Assembly: GCA_051313645.2 (NCBI GenBank)
Contig: JBNRSN020000004.1
Span: 254,882,001-254,946,000, forward strand
Direction: 5' to 3'
DNA from: Centroscyllium fabricii
Taxonomy: Eukaryota
DNA length: 64,000 nt
Both the position numbers and the translations under genes were made by a program. Shown here piece by piece: positions 1-12,194 of this stretch; position 1 is the stretch's first letter, and each line of letters begins with the position of its first letter. The notes below the pieces were generated by a model. It had not been told where the DNA came from. It searched no databases and saw only the letters and a list, made by a program, of their open reading frames with translations.

Positions 1-1117
1 AGGCAGTTTTTAGCCTAATCACTATTTTAATTCTTGAAGTGTGGGATTCTTGATGGCTCCAAAACACGCCAATTTAGCGAGGTGGGCTGTCGGGCTGAAG
101 GGCTTGGAGGGGTTGTGATGTCCAGTGTTCAGGTGAGTAATGTAAGGTTCTCAAAATTTACAGACCCCCCCACCCCAAAACTCAGAGAAAAACGGTAAAG
201 AAAAGGACTTTGGACTCTTTTCTAACTACTTCAGGATGATAAAATGTATTGGGCCTAACAGAGAGAGATTCGAGGTCGAAAACCAAGATTTGGCATTTTA
301 GAAAGGCATGTTTGGGCTTGTAAGGAAAAGGCTGCAACAGGAGTTGGGATCAATCTCTGTAATAGCCAGTTTGAGTATTGGAGTTAATGAAACTGTCTGG
401 GGAACTGTCTAACATCGTTCAGCCATTATCAGACATTAACATCCCAACAATCGATCCACAAAGGAACAGTCCCAACCCAAATTACAGAACCCATTCAAAA
501 CATGCATAATGCAAATCACCTCACCAACCTACATAGAAATCTCAGGCCCAGACAGGAAACTTGACACCTGAGTACAATTACTGCAATCAAGTAAGAGCTA
601 AACAGCTCATGGAACATCCCAACACCACTTCACACATTCTTAAAACAAATTAACTTAATGAGCCCACCCAAATCAGACAATAAACCGGGAATGCTTTGGC
701 CTGGAGGTTAGGAGGCCCCAATTAGTATAATTAAAAGTCTGTTTTTCTAAAGACAGAAAGAAGTAAGAAATTTGAAAGATTCTGCAGAGAGTTCAAGTTC
801 AGCAGCTCGGCAGTTCGCACTCTAGTTCGACACAGGATTTCAAATTCAAATTCAAATTCAAATTCAAATTCAAATAGCTTTATTGGCATGAATGGTATCA
901 ACCTTTGTTGCCAAAGCGTTGTGACATACATAAAAATACATTTGTAACATATATATAAAATACATTATTAGACGTAATAACAACAGTACTAACAGAGTAT
1001 ATACAACCGCATCCGTAGTAATATCAGTAGATATATAGCTTAAATGCAGTTTCAAACAATATCACAGTCAATGTTGGTTCTTTTCTGCCTGTGTGTGCGT
1101 ACATGTGTGCATGTTGG

Positions 1118-4100
1118 TCAGTCATTTTCCCTCAGGTTGTGGCATGCTGTTACGTATTGTGCACCAAGCTGTGCCCTGTCTCCTTCGCCAAGGATTATTT
1201 TTAGTTTTAGGGTATCATCTAATTCTTTGAAATCTGGGATTTCTAGGTCCAGTTTGTCAAAGTATGATTTCCTTGTTTTTTCGAATTTTTTGCAATTTAG
1301 GAGGAAGTGCATCTCTGTTTCAACCTCATCCGTCGAACAGTGACCGCATATTCTATTTTCTCTTTGCTGCCAGGATTTCTTCTGTCTTCCTTTTTCGACT
1401 GCCAACTGGTGGTCACTTAGTCTGTACCTGGTGAGGGTCTGTCTCTGCTTTATATTTCTGACAGTTGAAAGATAGTCTGCCAATTTATAGTCTCTTTCTA
1501 GGGAGCGGTAGCATTCTAGTCTGCTTTGGTTTTTTGTTGCTTTTTCCCAATGTTCCAAATATTTTTCTTTGCATTTTTTGATAATTTGGTTCACTCTAAT
1601 TGGTGTTTGGAGAACAGTGTTGATCTGAGACTGGTCAAGGTTTGACTGGGTAGGGGTAGTTAGTCTCAGCACCACCTGGCACAGGGGACTCTTTTCTGGG
1701 TTCCGCTCTTGGGTTTGGAGTGCTTTAAACTGGAGGGAGTCTGGGTGGCTAGATTTAAGGTGATTCCAAAAATTTAATATTCTTTTTTGGATATTTATGA
1801 TCAGTGGGTATCTGCCTAGTTCCGCCCTACATGCGTTTGTTGGTGTTTTCCTTTGGGTGCGGAGGATGCTCCGGCAGAATTCCGCATGTAGGGCCTCCAT
1901 TGTGTGTTTTTCCCATTTGTCATAGCTATGATGGCTGAGCGAACCCCACACTTCACTACCATAAAGCGCAATGGGTTGGATTACGCTATCAAATATTTTT
2001 AGCCAGATTTTAATTGGGATTTGGATGTTGTAGAATTTTCTTTTGATTGCATACATAGCCCTTCGAGCTTTCTCTTTTAGTGCATTCACTGCCATGCTGA
2101 AGCTCCCTGATGCTGTAATGGTTAGACCAAGGTAAGTGTAGCTCATGGTGTGTTCGATAATGGTATCCTTAAGGGTGAATTTGTATTTGTCTTCCTGACA
2201 TCTGTTTTTTTTTTGAAAAATCATGATGTTTGTTTTCTTTAGATTTACTGTCAAGGCCCAGTTTTGGCAGTATTCATCGAGTAGATCTAACTGTTGCTGC
2301 AGTCCCTGTTCTGTGGGAGACAGCAAAACCAGGTCATCCGCATAGAACAGTGATTTAACCTCTCCGTCTAGAAGGCGGAGGCCCGGCGCTGTGCTTTGTT
2401 CTAGTTTTGCTGACAAATCGTTTATATATATATTAAACAGTGTCGGGCTCAGATTGCAGCCTTGTCGGACGCCTCTCCCCTGGGTGAAGAGACCAGTGCA
2501 TTTGTCCCCAATTTTAACCCTACATTTATTGTTCAGATACATTGATTTGATGAGGTCGTATACCTTTCCTCCTATACCGCAATGGAGAAGTTTGTAGTAG
2601 AGCCCTTCATGCCAGATAGAGTCAAATGCTTTCTTAAAATCAATAAAGCAGGCGAATATTTTACCATTTTTTACTTGGTGTATATGTTTTCCGATGAGAG
2701 TGTGAAGGGTATGGATATGGTCAGTGGTGCGGTGTTTCGGGAGGAAGCCAATTTGGTTTTTACTGAGGATATTATGTTCGCTGAGGAAATCCTGCATTCT
2801 ACTATTTATAATACTGCAGAATAGCTTTCCTAGGCAGCTACTGACACATATGCCGCGGTAATTGTTTGGTTCTGATTTGTTTCCGCTCTTATAGATGGGC
2901 GAGATAAGCCCTTGGCACCAGATATCTGGAAAATCGCCTGCACGTAAAATGAGGTTGAATATCCTGAGCACTGCGTCCTGCATCTCCGGAGTGCTGTACT
3001 GGAGCATTTCATTTTTGATGTTGTCTGTGCCACAGGCTTTCTTTGGGTGGAGAGATTTTATTTTTGTGGCCAGTTCTTTCGAAGTAATAGGGAAGTCGAG
3101 GGGGTTTTGGTAGTCTTTAATGGTTGTTTCTAATGCTTGGAGTTTTTCTTTAATATGGGAGTAGTTTGGGTTTATTTTGTTTATTGGGATGTCTTTATAA
3201 AGGTTTTCAAAATGTGCTCTCCAGATGTCACCATCTTGAATTGGTAACGTTTGTGGTGTTGTTGTGCTCAGGTTATTCCACATGTCCCAGAATTGGTTTT
3301 GATCTATGGAGTTTTCAATCTCTTCAAGTCTTTTGTGGGTGTAGTTTTGTTTTTTGTTCCTAGTAGTGTGTTTATATTTTTTGAGAGTTTTATTGTATAT
3401 AATACGCAAGTCTGGGTTGTTTGGTTGGTGGTGTTTTTGGTTTGATAACCTTCTCAGGTCTTTTCTGATACTTTTGCACTCGTGGTCGAACCATTTTTCA
3501 TGGTTATATATATTTTTTTAAATAATTTTTCTTTTCTGTTTTACAAGGTCAGCTTTAATAGCTGCCCTGTGGAAGATCGTGTTGATATCATCTATGGCCG
3601 TGTTTACACCATCTCTAGTAGTCTCATATAGATTTGTCCTGAGTTTCGATATTTTATTTGCGAGGTCCGGTGTATTCAGGGCCATGATGAACTTTTCTCC
3701 ACTGTCTGGGGCCCATCTGTATGCCTGATTTATTTTATACAGCTTACTGGGCTCTTTTTTTATGTCTTTAGTTTGAACAGAAGACTTTAGGTACACATTT
3801 ATTTGGCTATGGTCTGAGAGAGGGGATTGCTGCCTGACAGTGAATGCACTGATAGTACAGGGGTCCATGTCAGTGATTGCATAGTCCACCACACTAGACC
3901 CAAGAGCTGAGGAATATGTGAACCTCCCCTGCGAGTCCCCTCTGATCCTGCCATTAACTATGTATAGTCCTAAGGCTCGACAGAGATGCACTACCTCTCT
4001 GCCACTTTTATTTATTTCACAGTCAAGGTTGTTCCGGTTGGTGATGGTTGGTGTGACGTACAAGGGGGTTTGACCGAACACATGGTTGTTGCCATGTGGG

Positions 4101-4609
4101 TCTATGTAATCGGGTTCACATCCGGTCCTCGCATTCAGGTCTCCACATAGTAGTACATTTCCCTGGGCCTGGAAATGGTTGATCTCCGTGTGGAGAGTTT
4201 CAAATATATCTTCTTCAAAGTACGGCGATTCTACTGGGGGTATGTAAACTGCACATAGGTATATATCTTTTCCAGTTATTCCGATTTTTTAATCTAATTT
4301 CAGCCACATATGTGACTTTCCCTGTTTTATTGATGTGATGTGACTGTCAAGTTCTCCTTTGTACCACACCAAGACACCCCCGGAGGTTCTGCCCTTACGT
4401 ATATTAGTAGTTTTTATCGAGGGCACCATGATTTCATGATATTCTGAGGGGCATTGAGTGGTTGTATCTTTTCGGCACCATGTTTCTGTTAGTATCATTA
4501 TATCAGTGTCTTCTATGGATTTTAGGAAGTCAGGGTTCAGAGTCTTCATCCCGAAGGTTGAGGAGTAGAGGCCCTGGATATTCCAGCAGCTTATGTGGAA
4601 TGAACTCAT
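1118..4609 (-). pseudogene. LINE ORF2: AP endonuclease plus reverse transcriptase, split by two frameshifts
   Basis: APE motifs SCWNIQGL, LTETW, GDLN, VDY, SDH; RT motifs YRGI, DFKKAFDS, GVRQGCNLSP, YADD; C-terminal CGHC..E.E.HFLLNC. Frames break near 4289 and 3515. Confidence 0.9.
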
Positions 4610-4745
4610 TTTAGTTTTTATCTTTTACAATTAGAGAAGTAACCTATTTTGTGGGACAAGTGTGAGAACACTAGTTTCTTTTCCTATCGATGGAAGATAC
4701 TAGGTGGAAGTTTGGTGCACCGTGACAGTGCAGGCCCGCACTGCC

Positions 4746-4886
4746 ACCTAGTAATGGTAACAATATTAATAATAACAATATCCGCAGTATACTACCTAGT
4801 AATGGTAATAATATTAATAATAGCAATATCCGCAGTATACTACCTAGTAATGGTAACAATATTAATAACAACAATATCAGCAGTAT
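4746..4886. repeat. ~48-bp tandem repeat, ~3 copies, in the inter-ORF spacer of the LINE
   Basis: Unit acctagtaatggtaacaatattaataataacaatatccgcagtatact repeated. Confidence 0.85.
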
Positions 4887-5027
4887 AGATAATGACAATA
4901 TTATTCGTGTTTACATTTCCATTTTCAGTACAGTTCAATGCTACTTTTTTACCCGTTCTTCGGGGGGCATGGTTTTTATATACATGCGTTCTTTGTTATA
5001 AGAAGAGTCGGGAGCAAAGGGCCTGTA

Positions 5028-7119
5028 TCAGCCTCCCGATCTCTCCCGTCTCCAGCGGGTGTGATCGAAAAGGTGGGCGGGGGGCAGTGTTGATCCAGGC
5101 TGGGCTGTTGTAATTCCTCTTATTTTGGGGGATGATCCTGGGGCGGTGAGCGGGGGGGGGTGTCTGGGCGGGTCTCTTGAGTTACCAATGATCGGGGGGG
5201 TGGGGAGGTTTCGTCCTGGGGCGTGTCTGGGCTGGTCTCTTGGTTTACTAATGATCGGGGGGGTGGGGAGGTTGCGTCCTGTGGCGTGTCTGGGCTGATC
5301 TCTTAGGTTTTTAATGTTCGGGGGGGTGGGGAGGTTGTGTCCTAGGGCAGTGTCTTTGAGGTTCTTTGCGAAGACTCTCACTCTTTGTTTATTTAGGTGT
5401 ATTCCGTCGTAGAGGTCCCATGTGCCGATGGTTGGGTGGTGGGCCAGTTTGACGTTGGGGAGGGCGACACATTTTCTGGTGATCTCCATATTGGCGTGAT
5501 AGATCACGTAGGGTGGGGTGTCTGTTCTGGGCAGTAGGGTAGAGATCACGATCTTCGCCTTAGGGAACTCCTTGCTGGCCTTCTCTGCCATCCTTACTAT
5601 TGCTCCAGCAGTGTTCTGGCGTAGGGTGCAAAGGTCGTTCGTGCCTGTATGGATTACAAGGTATTGGGGGTTTCCAATAATGTCTTTGTTCAGGGTCCTC
5701 ATTGCCTGGTTCGTTGTGCTGCACCTTTTTGTCAGGACCCGGTGACCTGGGAACAGTCTATGGGGGATTAGAAACTTCCCGTTGGAGTCCGTCAGTAGGA
5801 CTGCCTGGGGAGCTGATTCTTCGGGCTGGGAGGCAGAAAGCTGGGCAGGGCTGAGATGGGAGTTGGTTGCTGGCTGTGTTTCTGGGGCAGGCTGTGTGGT
5901 GGTGGAGGGGTTCGGTGGAGCTGATTTGGGTGGTGGAGGGGTTTGGTGGAGCTGATTCTTTAGGCTGGTGGGCAGAAGGCTGGGTAACTTCCCGTTGGAG
6001 TCCGTCAGTAGGACTGCCTGGGGAGCTGATTCTTCGGACTGGGAGGCAGAAGGCTGGGCAGGGCTGAGATGGGGGTTGGTTGCTGGCTGTGTTTCTGGGG
6101 CAGGCTGTGTGGTGGTGGAGGGGTTCGGTGGAGCTGATTTGGGTGGTGGAGGGGTTTGGTGGAGCTGATTCTTTAGGCTGGTGGGCAGAGAGCTGGGTAT
6201 CACCGAGATGGGAGTTGGCTGTTGGCTGTGTTTCTGGGGCAGGCTGTGTGTTAGTGGGAGGGACCGGTGGGGGTGTGTTGGTGGACTGGGGGGGGGGGGG
6301 TAGGAGGGGTGTGGTGGTCTCAGGGGGCTGGGCAGCAGAAGTCTTTTTTTGTGTCTTTTTGGGGGCTTCTGGGTGGTTTTCCTTGATATCCTGAATCATT
6401 TTGAAGAGGACTCTTTCTCGCTTAGTTGTGTCATCCTTCATTTTGGCTATTTGGGAACGGAATGCACCGTTTTCTTGTCCCATTTCTTTCAGAATCTTTT
6501 TTGTCTCGGAGGTGGTCGTAGACATCTGTTCGAAATCCTTTTGCAGTTGTTTGAGGTGCTTAGCCTGCGCTTGTATGTGTTCTTCGAGGTTGAGCTCTAG
6601 TCGGGCCACGTTATCTTTCAGCTGAGTGTTTGAGTTTTGAGGTGTGAGGGGGGCAGTGACGGTCAGAGTATCCGTTGTGTCTGGTGGACTATCACTTTCA
6701 TCGTTGTCCTGGGGGGTATTGCTCCCTTTTTCGTGTACCTTCTTTTTTAGCTGGGGGAAGTTCTCTTCAAAGGAGTCCAGCTGTTCTGAGTTTCCCTGTA
6801 TCATGATCTTGCCATTATTATAGTAGGAAATGGTAAGGAGAGGATCATCTGTGTCCAGGGATTGATCTGCACATATTATCAGTCTGCCCCCATATCCGAT
6901 ACCTCTACTGAGGACATGTGGGTAGTTTTTGGTCATGGCGTCTTTCCAGAGGCGAACGTAATTTGTGCAGAATATTAGATTACTCTTCTTCCTACCCACT
7001 TTGCATGTGGCATAGTCAGCATAGAGGACATCTAGGTTTTCCTGGAGAACTTTGTCCTTATATTTATCTTTTGCTTTTATGGCTTTGACTTTTGGCGGGT
7101 ATGATATTTCCCGGCTCAT
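5028..7119 (-). pseudogene. LINE ORF1: N-terminal domain, coiled coil, Pro-rich linker and SGNH/GDSL esterase, frameshifted near 6150-6210
   Basis: Esterase blocks VLLTDSN, VIHTGTND, DGIHLN in 5028..6203; heptad-like region in 5758..7119; internal 213-bp duplication. Confidence 0.8.
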
Positions 7120-7488
7120 TTCTCTGCCTGCTGTGCTGCTCTGCTCTGCAGCTTTTTTTATTTATTTATTTATTTTTTCTTTCCAAGTTTTCGCGTTTCA
7201 CACTGTCCCACTTTTAGGTATAGCTTCTCAGGGGTTCATCCTGGGAGCGATTATTTTTGTCCGAGTTTAAGTATTTTCTATAAGCGCACGTTTATCGGGT
7301 CTTTAATTTCCGGGCCTCTGGATTCTCGGGCACTGGATTTTTGCTCTCGGGCTACGGGTTTCTGGGCTTCGGTTTTTTGAGCTGCCGCTCTCGGGCCCTA
7401 GATTTTCGTACCTCGTCTTCCCGCTATCGCGCTGCTGATTCTCTCTCTCTCTCTGTCATTTTCATTTAATATACTAAACATTAAAGTT

Positions 7489-7524
<36 letters not shown>

Positions 7525-7842
7525 ACTTTCGTGTTTCGTGTTGGGCCTTAGGCCTCGTGTTGGGCCTCGGGCTTTCCTGCTCTCTCTGCCCTGGGCCTTA
7601 TCTCGTGGGTCGGGCCGATCTCTCACCCAGTCTGGGTGTTTCGGGTCGCTGGGCCGGATTTTCGGTGTTCCCTTTCTCTCTCCCGATCTCCCCCTATCCC
7701 TCTCACTCTCCCGGTCACTCGAGGCTCTTGGGCAGCTCCATCCCGGGCCTTGTGTCGGGTCTCAGGCCTCGGGCTTTCCTGCTCTCTCTCTTCCCCAGGC
7801 CTTACCTCGTGATCCGGGTCGCTGTCTCTGGGTCTCCGCTCT

Positions 7843-8440
7843 CGGGCGAAGGCCGCTGTTGGGCCGAGTCCCCGTTCTCGGTTGGGGCCGCTCACTGGTT
7901 TGGGGCCTTTTTTCGGCGAAGGCCTCTGTCGGGCGCGGTCCCCGTTCTCGGTTGGGGCCGCTGTCGGGCGAAGGCCGCTGTCGGGCCCGGTCCCCGTTCT
8001 CGGTTGGGGCCGCTGTCGGGCGAAGGCCTCTGTCGGGCCCGGTCCCCGTTCTCGGTTGGGGCCGCTGTCGGGCGAAGGCCTCTGTCGGGCCCGGTCCCCG
8101 TTCTCGGTTGGGGCCGCTGTCGGGCGAAGGCCTCTGTCGGGCCCGGTCCCCGTTCTCGGTTGGGGCCGCTGTCGGGCGAAGGCCTCTGTCGGGCCCGGTC
8201 CCCGTTCTCGGTTGGGGCCGCTGTCGGGCGAAGGCCTCTGTCGGGCCCGGTCCCCGTTCTCGGTTGGGGCCGCTGTCGGGCGGAGGTCGCTGTTCGGGCC
8301 CGGTCCCCGTTCTCGGTTGGGGCCGCTGTCGGGCGGAGGTCGCTGTTCGGGCCCGGTCCCCGTTCTCGGTTGGGGCCGCTGTCGGGCGGAGGTCGCTGTT
8401 CGGGCCCGGTCTCCGTTCTCGGTTGGGGCCGCTCTCTCGG
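7843..8440. repeat. GC-rich 52/53-bp minisatellite, ~11 copies, in the LINE 5' UTR
   Basis: Unit gggcccggtccccgttctcggttggggccgctgtcgggcgaaggcctctgtc; period 52 (8041 to 8093). Confidence 0.92.
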
Positions 8441-9248
8441 GCTCTCCACCTCTCGTTCCCCTCTCGTCTTGGGGCCGAGCTGTGCTGGTGTCCCTCGAGC
8501 AGATTCAGACTAACTAACTAAATAAACTAACTAAATAAACTGAACTAAATAAACTGAACTAAATAAACTGAACTAATCACTATCTAAACGCGGAGCTGCT
8601 CCCAACACGTCTTTCCTCTCTCTCTCTCTCTCTCTCTGGAATTTTCCCTCTCTCTCTCTCTGGAATCAAAGGTTAACAGTCTCTCTCTCTCTCTCTGGAA
8701 GCGAGTTCGGTACAGAAGTTATCTTTCTGGAAGCACCAGTTCTCTACAGAAGCTCTCAACAGTGCCAGCGATCCAGAACATCACCAGATATGCAGTCGAT
8801 CCTCTACTGCGTCTGGGGTATGGCAGACACCAATCAACACATCCAACAAACCCCAAAACCATGAACCAGCTCAACTTTCAAGGATTCATTTGGTGAGCAT
8901 TATCCCTGGTTCTCGAGAGCCCAACTTAGCTAGTAAAGTGGGATTGGGGGGGGGTGAGGTATTTTTCTACTGTATTTCCCTCATGTGCATCGAAGTGTTC
9001 CCCATTTTATTAGAGTGTTAAGATTGTTGTGTTATATTTTCTCTCTTGAATAAAGATCAAAGTTTCTTGCACCAAAACCAGTTGTCTGATGCACTTTTTT
9101 CACCCCCCCAAATAAGTCCAAGGCCGAGAACCAAGGGAGTGGGAGCGACTCGAACTGCTCATAATTCAGAGGTGAAGCTGACACACACCACCATCCCCTA
9201 CAGTGATTGGTGCATGAGTGCAGAGGTAAGTGTGTTTGGTGTGTTTAA

Positions 9249-9884
9249 TTGTAAGAAGTCACACAACACCAGGTTATAGTCCAACAGTTTTATTTGAAAT
9301 CACAAGCTTTCGGAGCGCAGCTCCTTCCTCAGGTGAAGTGTCGAGATTCATTTAAACATAGCATATATATAGAGAGAGAGAACAATGTGGTCTCTCCAAC
9401 TGTTTCACATCACACCTCAGCAGAGAGACATCAAAGCAATCAAAGGTGTTCTAACGTATCAGTCAGCCTGAGATCAAAGGGTGCAGTCACAAAGGATCAA
9501 ACGTTACAGTCTGCTGTCTGTGAAAAACCCACAGAATGATTTTTAAAAAGGATTTTTCATTCTGTGGGATTTTCACAGACAGCAGACTGTAACGTTTGAT
9601 CCTTTGTGACTGCACCCTTTGATCTCAGGCTGACTGATATGTTAGAACACTTTTGATTGCTTTGATGTCTCTCTGCTGAGGTGTGATGTGAAACAGTTGG
9701 AGAGACCACATTGTTCTCTCTCTCTATATATATGTTATGTTTAAATGAATCTCGTCACTTCACCTGAGGAAGGAGCTGTGCTCCGAGAACTTGTGATTTC
9801 AAATAAAACTGTTGGACTATAACCTGGTGTTGTGTGACTTCTTACAATTGTCCACCCCAGTCCAACACCGGCACATCCACATCA
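9249..9884. mobile_element. Penelope-like element remnant: two inverted pseudo-LTR arms (~290 bp each) forming a palindrome
   Basis: ~9249-9540 is the reverse complement of ~9557-9849; 12-bp TSD tggtgtgtttaa at 9237-9248 and 9885-9896; hammerhead motif in each arm. Confidence 0.85.
9300..9336 (-). ncRNA. Minimal type I hammerhead ribozyme (Penelope-associated)
   Basis: Minus strand reads UCAC-CUGAGGA-A-GGAGC-UGC-GCUCC-GAAA-GCUU-GUGA: core CUGANGA/GAAA, stem II GGAGC/GCUCC, stem I UCAC/GUGA, palindromic AAGCUU stem III. Confidence 0.7.
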
Positions 9885-9896
9885 TGGTGTGTTTAA

Positions 9897-10335
9897 AGTA
9901 TTTAAAGAAGTTTTAATTACCTTTACAGCCTTCCTTCCTTCAGGTCTCGGGAGTCCCTCATCTCACCAGCACAGAAAGCAGAATGGCTGCGAACTGTCAA
10001 AAGTTCCAGCATTGAGCTTTCTGTTCCGGTGGGATCTCTAAATCATCCTGAGAGGAAGGAATTAACTTGGAGTACAGATTGTCAATGTTTGACATCTTCA
10101 AACAGCTGTGAAACGCTGATATTTAATCTGTCAAATGGTCTGTCAAAATATCAATCTGTGATGTCACCTGTTGCCGGGTGGCCCTTAATTGGCCTGCTGT
10201 GCCCGCTGGGCAGGCTCAACAAGGTCAATCAAGTCAAAATCGTATGGGTTGGCTAGAACTCGAAGGAGACGGGACTACAACCCCAAAAGTTGTAGTCCCG
10301 CCTCCTACCCACCTCCTCAATGAAAATCCAGCCCA
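9897..10335. mobile_element. Terminal part of a Harbinger-type non-autonomous element
   Basis: Ends in tgaaaatccagccc; related ends at ~13660-13670 and gggctggatttt at ~11879. Confidence 0.5.
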
Positions 10336-10520
10336 AAGCCTTCAGGCTTGATTTTTTAACAATCTTAGTCCTTTTAGAATTCTTATTTACTGTGGCCCAG
10401 TTTGATATACACCCTTGATTTCTCTGCCTTCCACTCTTGCTTTTCTTCTCCCTGTCTTTTGTTTCTATCCTTACTTCCATTTCTTCCGTGCCTTGCATAG
10501 GTTCCCAACTCCCTTCCATT

Positions 10521-11363
10521 TTAGTTTAAACCCTCTCCAACAGCACTAGCAAACAGTCCCCCATGGACATCGGTTCCAGCCCTGCCGAGGTGCAAACCAT
10601 CCAGTTTGTCCTGGTCCCACCTCCCCCAGAACCGGTTCCATTTACCCAGGAATTTGAATCCCTCCCCCTTGCACCATTCCTCTAGCCACATATTCATCTG
10701 AAATATCCTTCTATTTTTACTATGACTAGCATGTGGCACTGGTAGCAATCCTGAGATTACTACTTTTGAGAACCTATTTCTTAATTTATCTCCTAACTCC
10801 CTATATTCAGCTTTTAGGATTGGATTCCATTTTTTACCTATACCTATATGCACCACAACAACTGGCTGTTCACCCTCCCCCTCTAGAATGCCCTGCAGCC
10901 GCTCCGAGATATCCTTGACCCTTGCACCAGGGATGCAACGTACCATCTTGGAGTCTCCTTTGTGGCCACAGAAATGCCTATCGACTCCCTTTTCAATACA
11001 ATCCGCTATCACTATAGCTCTTCCACTCTTTTTCCTCCTGTACTGTGCAGCAGGACCACCCATGGTGTCAGGAAGTTGGCTACTGCTGCCTTCCTCCGAT
11101 AAGCCATCTCCGTCAACAATATCCAAAGTTGAAAGGGGGATGGCTACAGGGGACCCCTGCATTACCTGCCTGCACCAAGTACTCTGCCTGATGGTCACCC
11201 ATTCCCTTCCTGCCTTTGCAGCCTTTCCCTGCGGTGTGACCAACTCCCTAAATGTGCTATCCATGATGTCCTCAGCATCACAAATGCTCCAGTATGTATC
11301 CACTCGCAGCTCCAGCGCTGCAATGCTGGATACAGGAAGTGTCCCTGATTTCCCATGTAGCAC
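10521..11363 (-). pseudogene. CR1 LINE ORF1 (SGNH esterase) from a 5' fragment of a CR1 element (~10340-11650)
   Basis: Motifs RAIVIADC, CIPGARVKDI, VVVHIG, VVISGLLP, DGLHL..AG typical of CR1 ORF1 esterase; degenerate. Confidence 0.85.
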
Positions 11364-11734
11364 AGGAGGAGCATGCCACGGGGCTGAGCTGTCCTGCCAT
11401 GACTTACCCTTTAATTCATTTAAATTAATTTAAATCAAATCAACATGACTAATTACACTACAATTAAATGATATACTCAAGGGCCCTTGGTTACTAGCAC
11501 TCCCCAATACACAACAGAGACCTTATAAAGTATAACCACAAAAATTACGACCTTCTAAATTTTATAAACTATTAATCATAACTGTCAAACTATAGAGTAG
11601 TTTACATAGTCACTTGACCCTGCTCACCCAATCAGCTTCTTCCTCTTGCCCGCATCAGTTTTTGAATCATGACGTGGCTCCGGAACACCGACACCGGTGT
11701 AAGATTGGTAAGCCGCTGTAAAAAAGCCAGCGAA

Positions 11735-11880
11735 ACTGATATGGGGGTGAAAGCTCAGCTCAGGCTCACACAGAACAGCAAGGTTGTAAACAGTCTGGTT
11801 CAGCCTCCGACAGTGGTCAGGAAGAAGGATGGAATCGGTGGCTAGGGAAAGGAATCTGTGGTGGGAACTGAAAAAAATGG
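11735..11880 (-). mobile_element. L2-type LINE ORF2 fragment
   Basis: Translates to LNQTVYNLAVLCEPELSFHPHI, resembling the late-RT VRNLGV.FD..LSF..HI motif of L2. Confidence 0.65.
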
Positions 11881-12194
11881 GCTGGATTTTAACGGGGAAG
11901 GCAAGTTGGGGGAGCTCCGAGGGGGTCGGGAAACCCAGGAGAACGGGTTTCCCGCAGGCCCTGCCGACTTTAACAGCAGGGCTCGCTTTGCATGCGAGGC
12001 CTCTGTTTCTCACCTGCAGCTAGCCAGTTTGAGAAGCTGGCTGGCTGCAGGCTAGTAGGCCTGTGGCACTAGGCCACACAATGGAGGTAGGGAGGGATCA
12101 CGGGGCACTGTGGTTGACCAGAAAAGCACCGGGGGTGGGGGGGGGGGTTGGCCGTGGGATTGCTGAGGATCATGGTGGGGGGTGGTGCGAGGAA

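Larger units (their letters stand above)
839..8616 (-). mobile_element. Near full-length RTE-X-like non-LTR retrotransposon
   Basis: Minus-strand 3' end has AATAAA (~879-884) then a (TTTGAA)n tail; ORF2 with APE, RT and a C-terminal Cys/His motif; ORF1 with SGNH esterase; long 5' UTR ending at a (TC)n tract. Confidence 0.85.
141..9202 (+). mobile_element. Probable solo LTR (halves ~141-838 and ~8617-9202) split by a LINE insertion
   Basis: Termini TGTAAGG...CCCTACA are near-inverted; flanks gtaa/gtga resemble a degenerate 4-bp TSD; AATAAA at ~9049; no internal ORFs. Confidence 0.5.

Noticed and set aside
5775-6200. Link between the 213-bp ORF1 duplication and the 71-bp Gypsy unit (3 x 71)
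   Set aside because: No sequence similarity; numerical coincidence
7538-8521. Long ORFs in several frames (327, 318, 211 aa)
   Set aside because: Products of a stop-free GC-rich minisatellite in the LINE 5' UTR; no domain content
9760-9796. Active hammerhead in the right Penelope arm
   Set aside because: Conserved GAAA core and palindromic stem III are mutated (GAGAAC)
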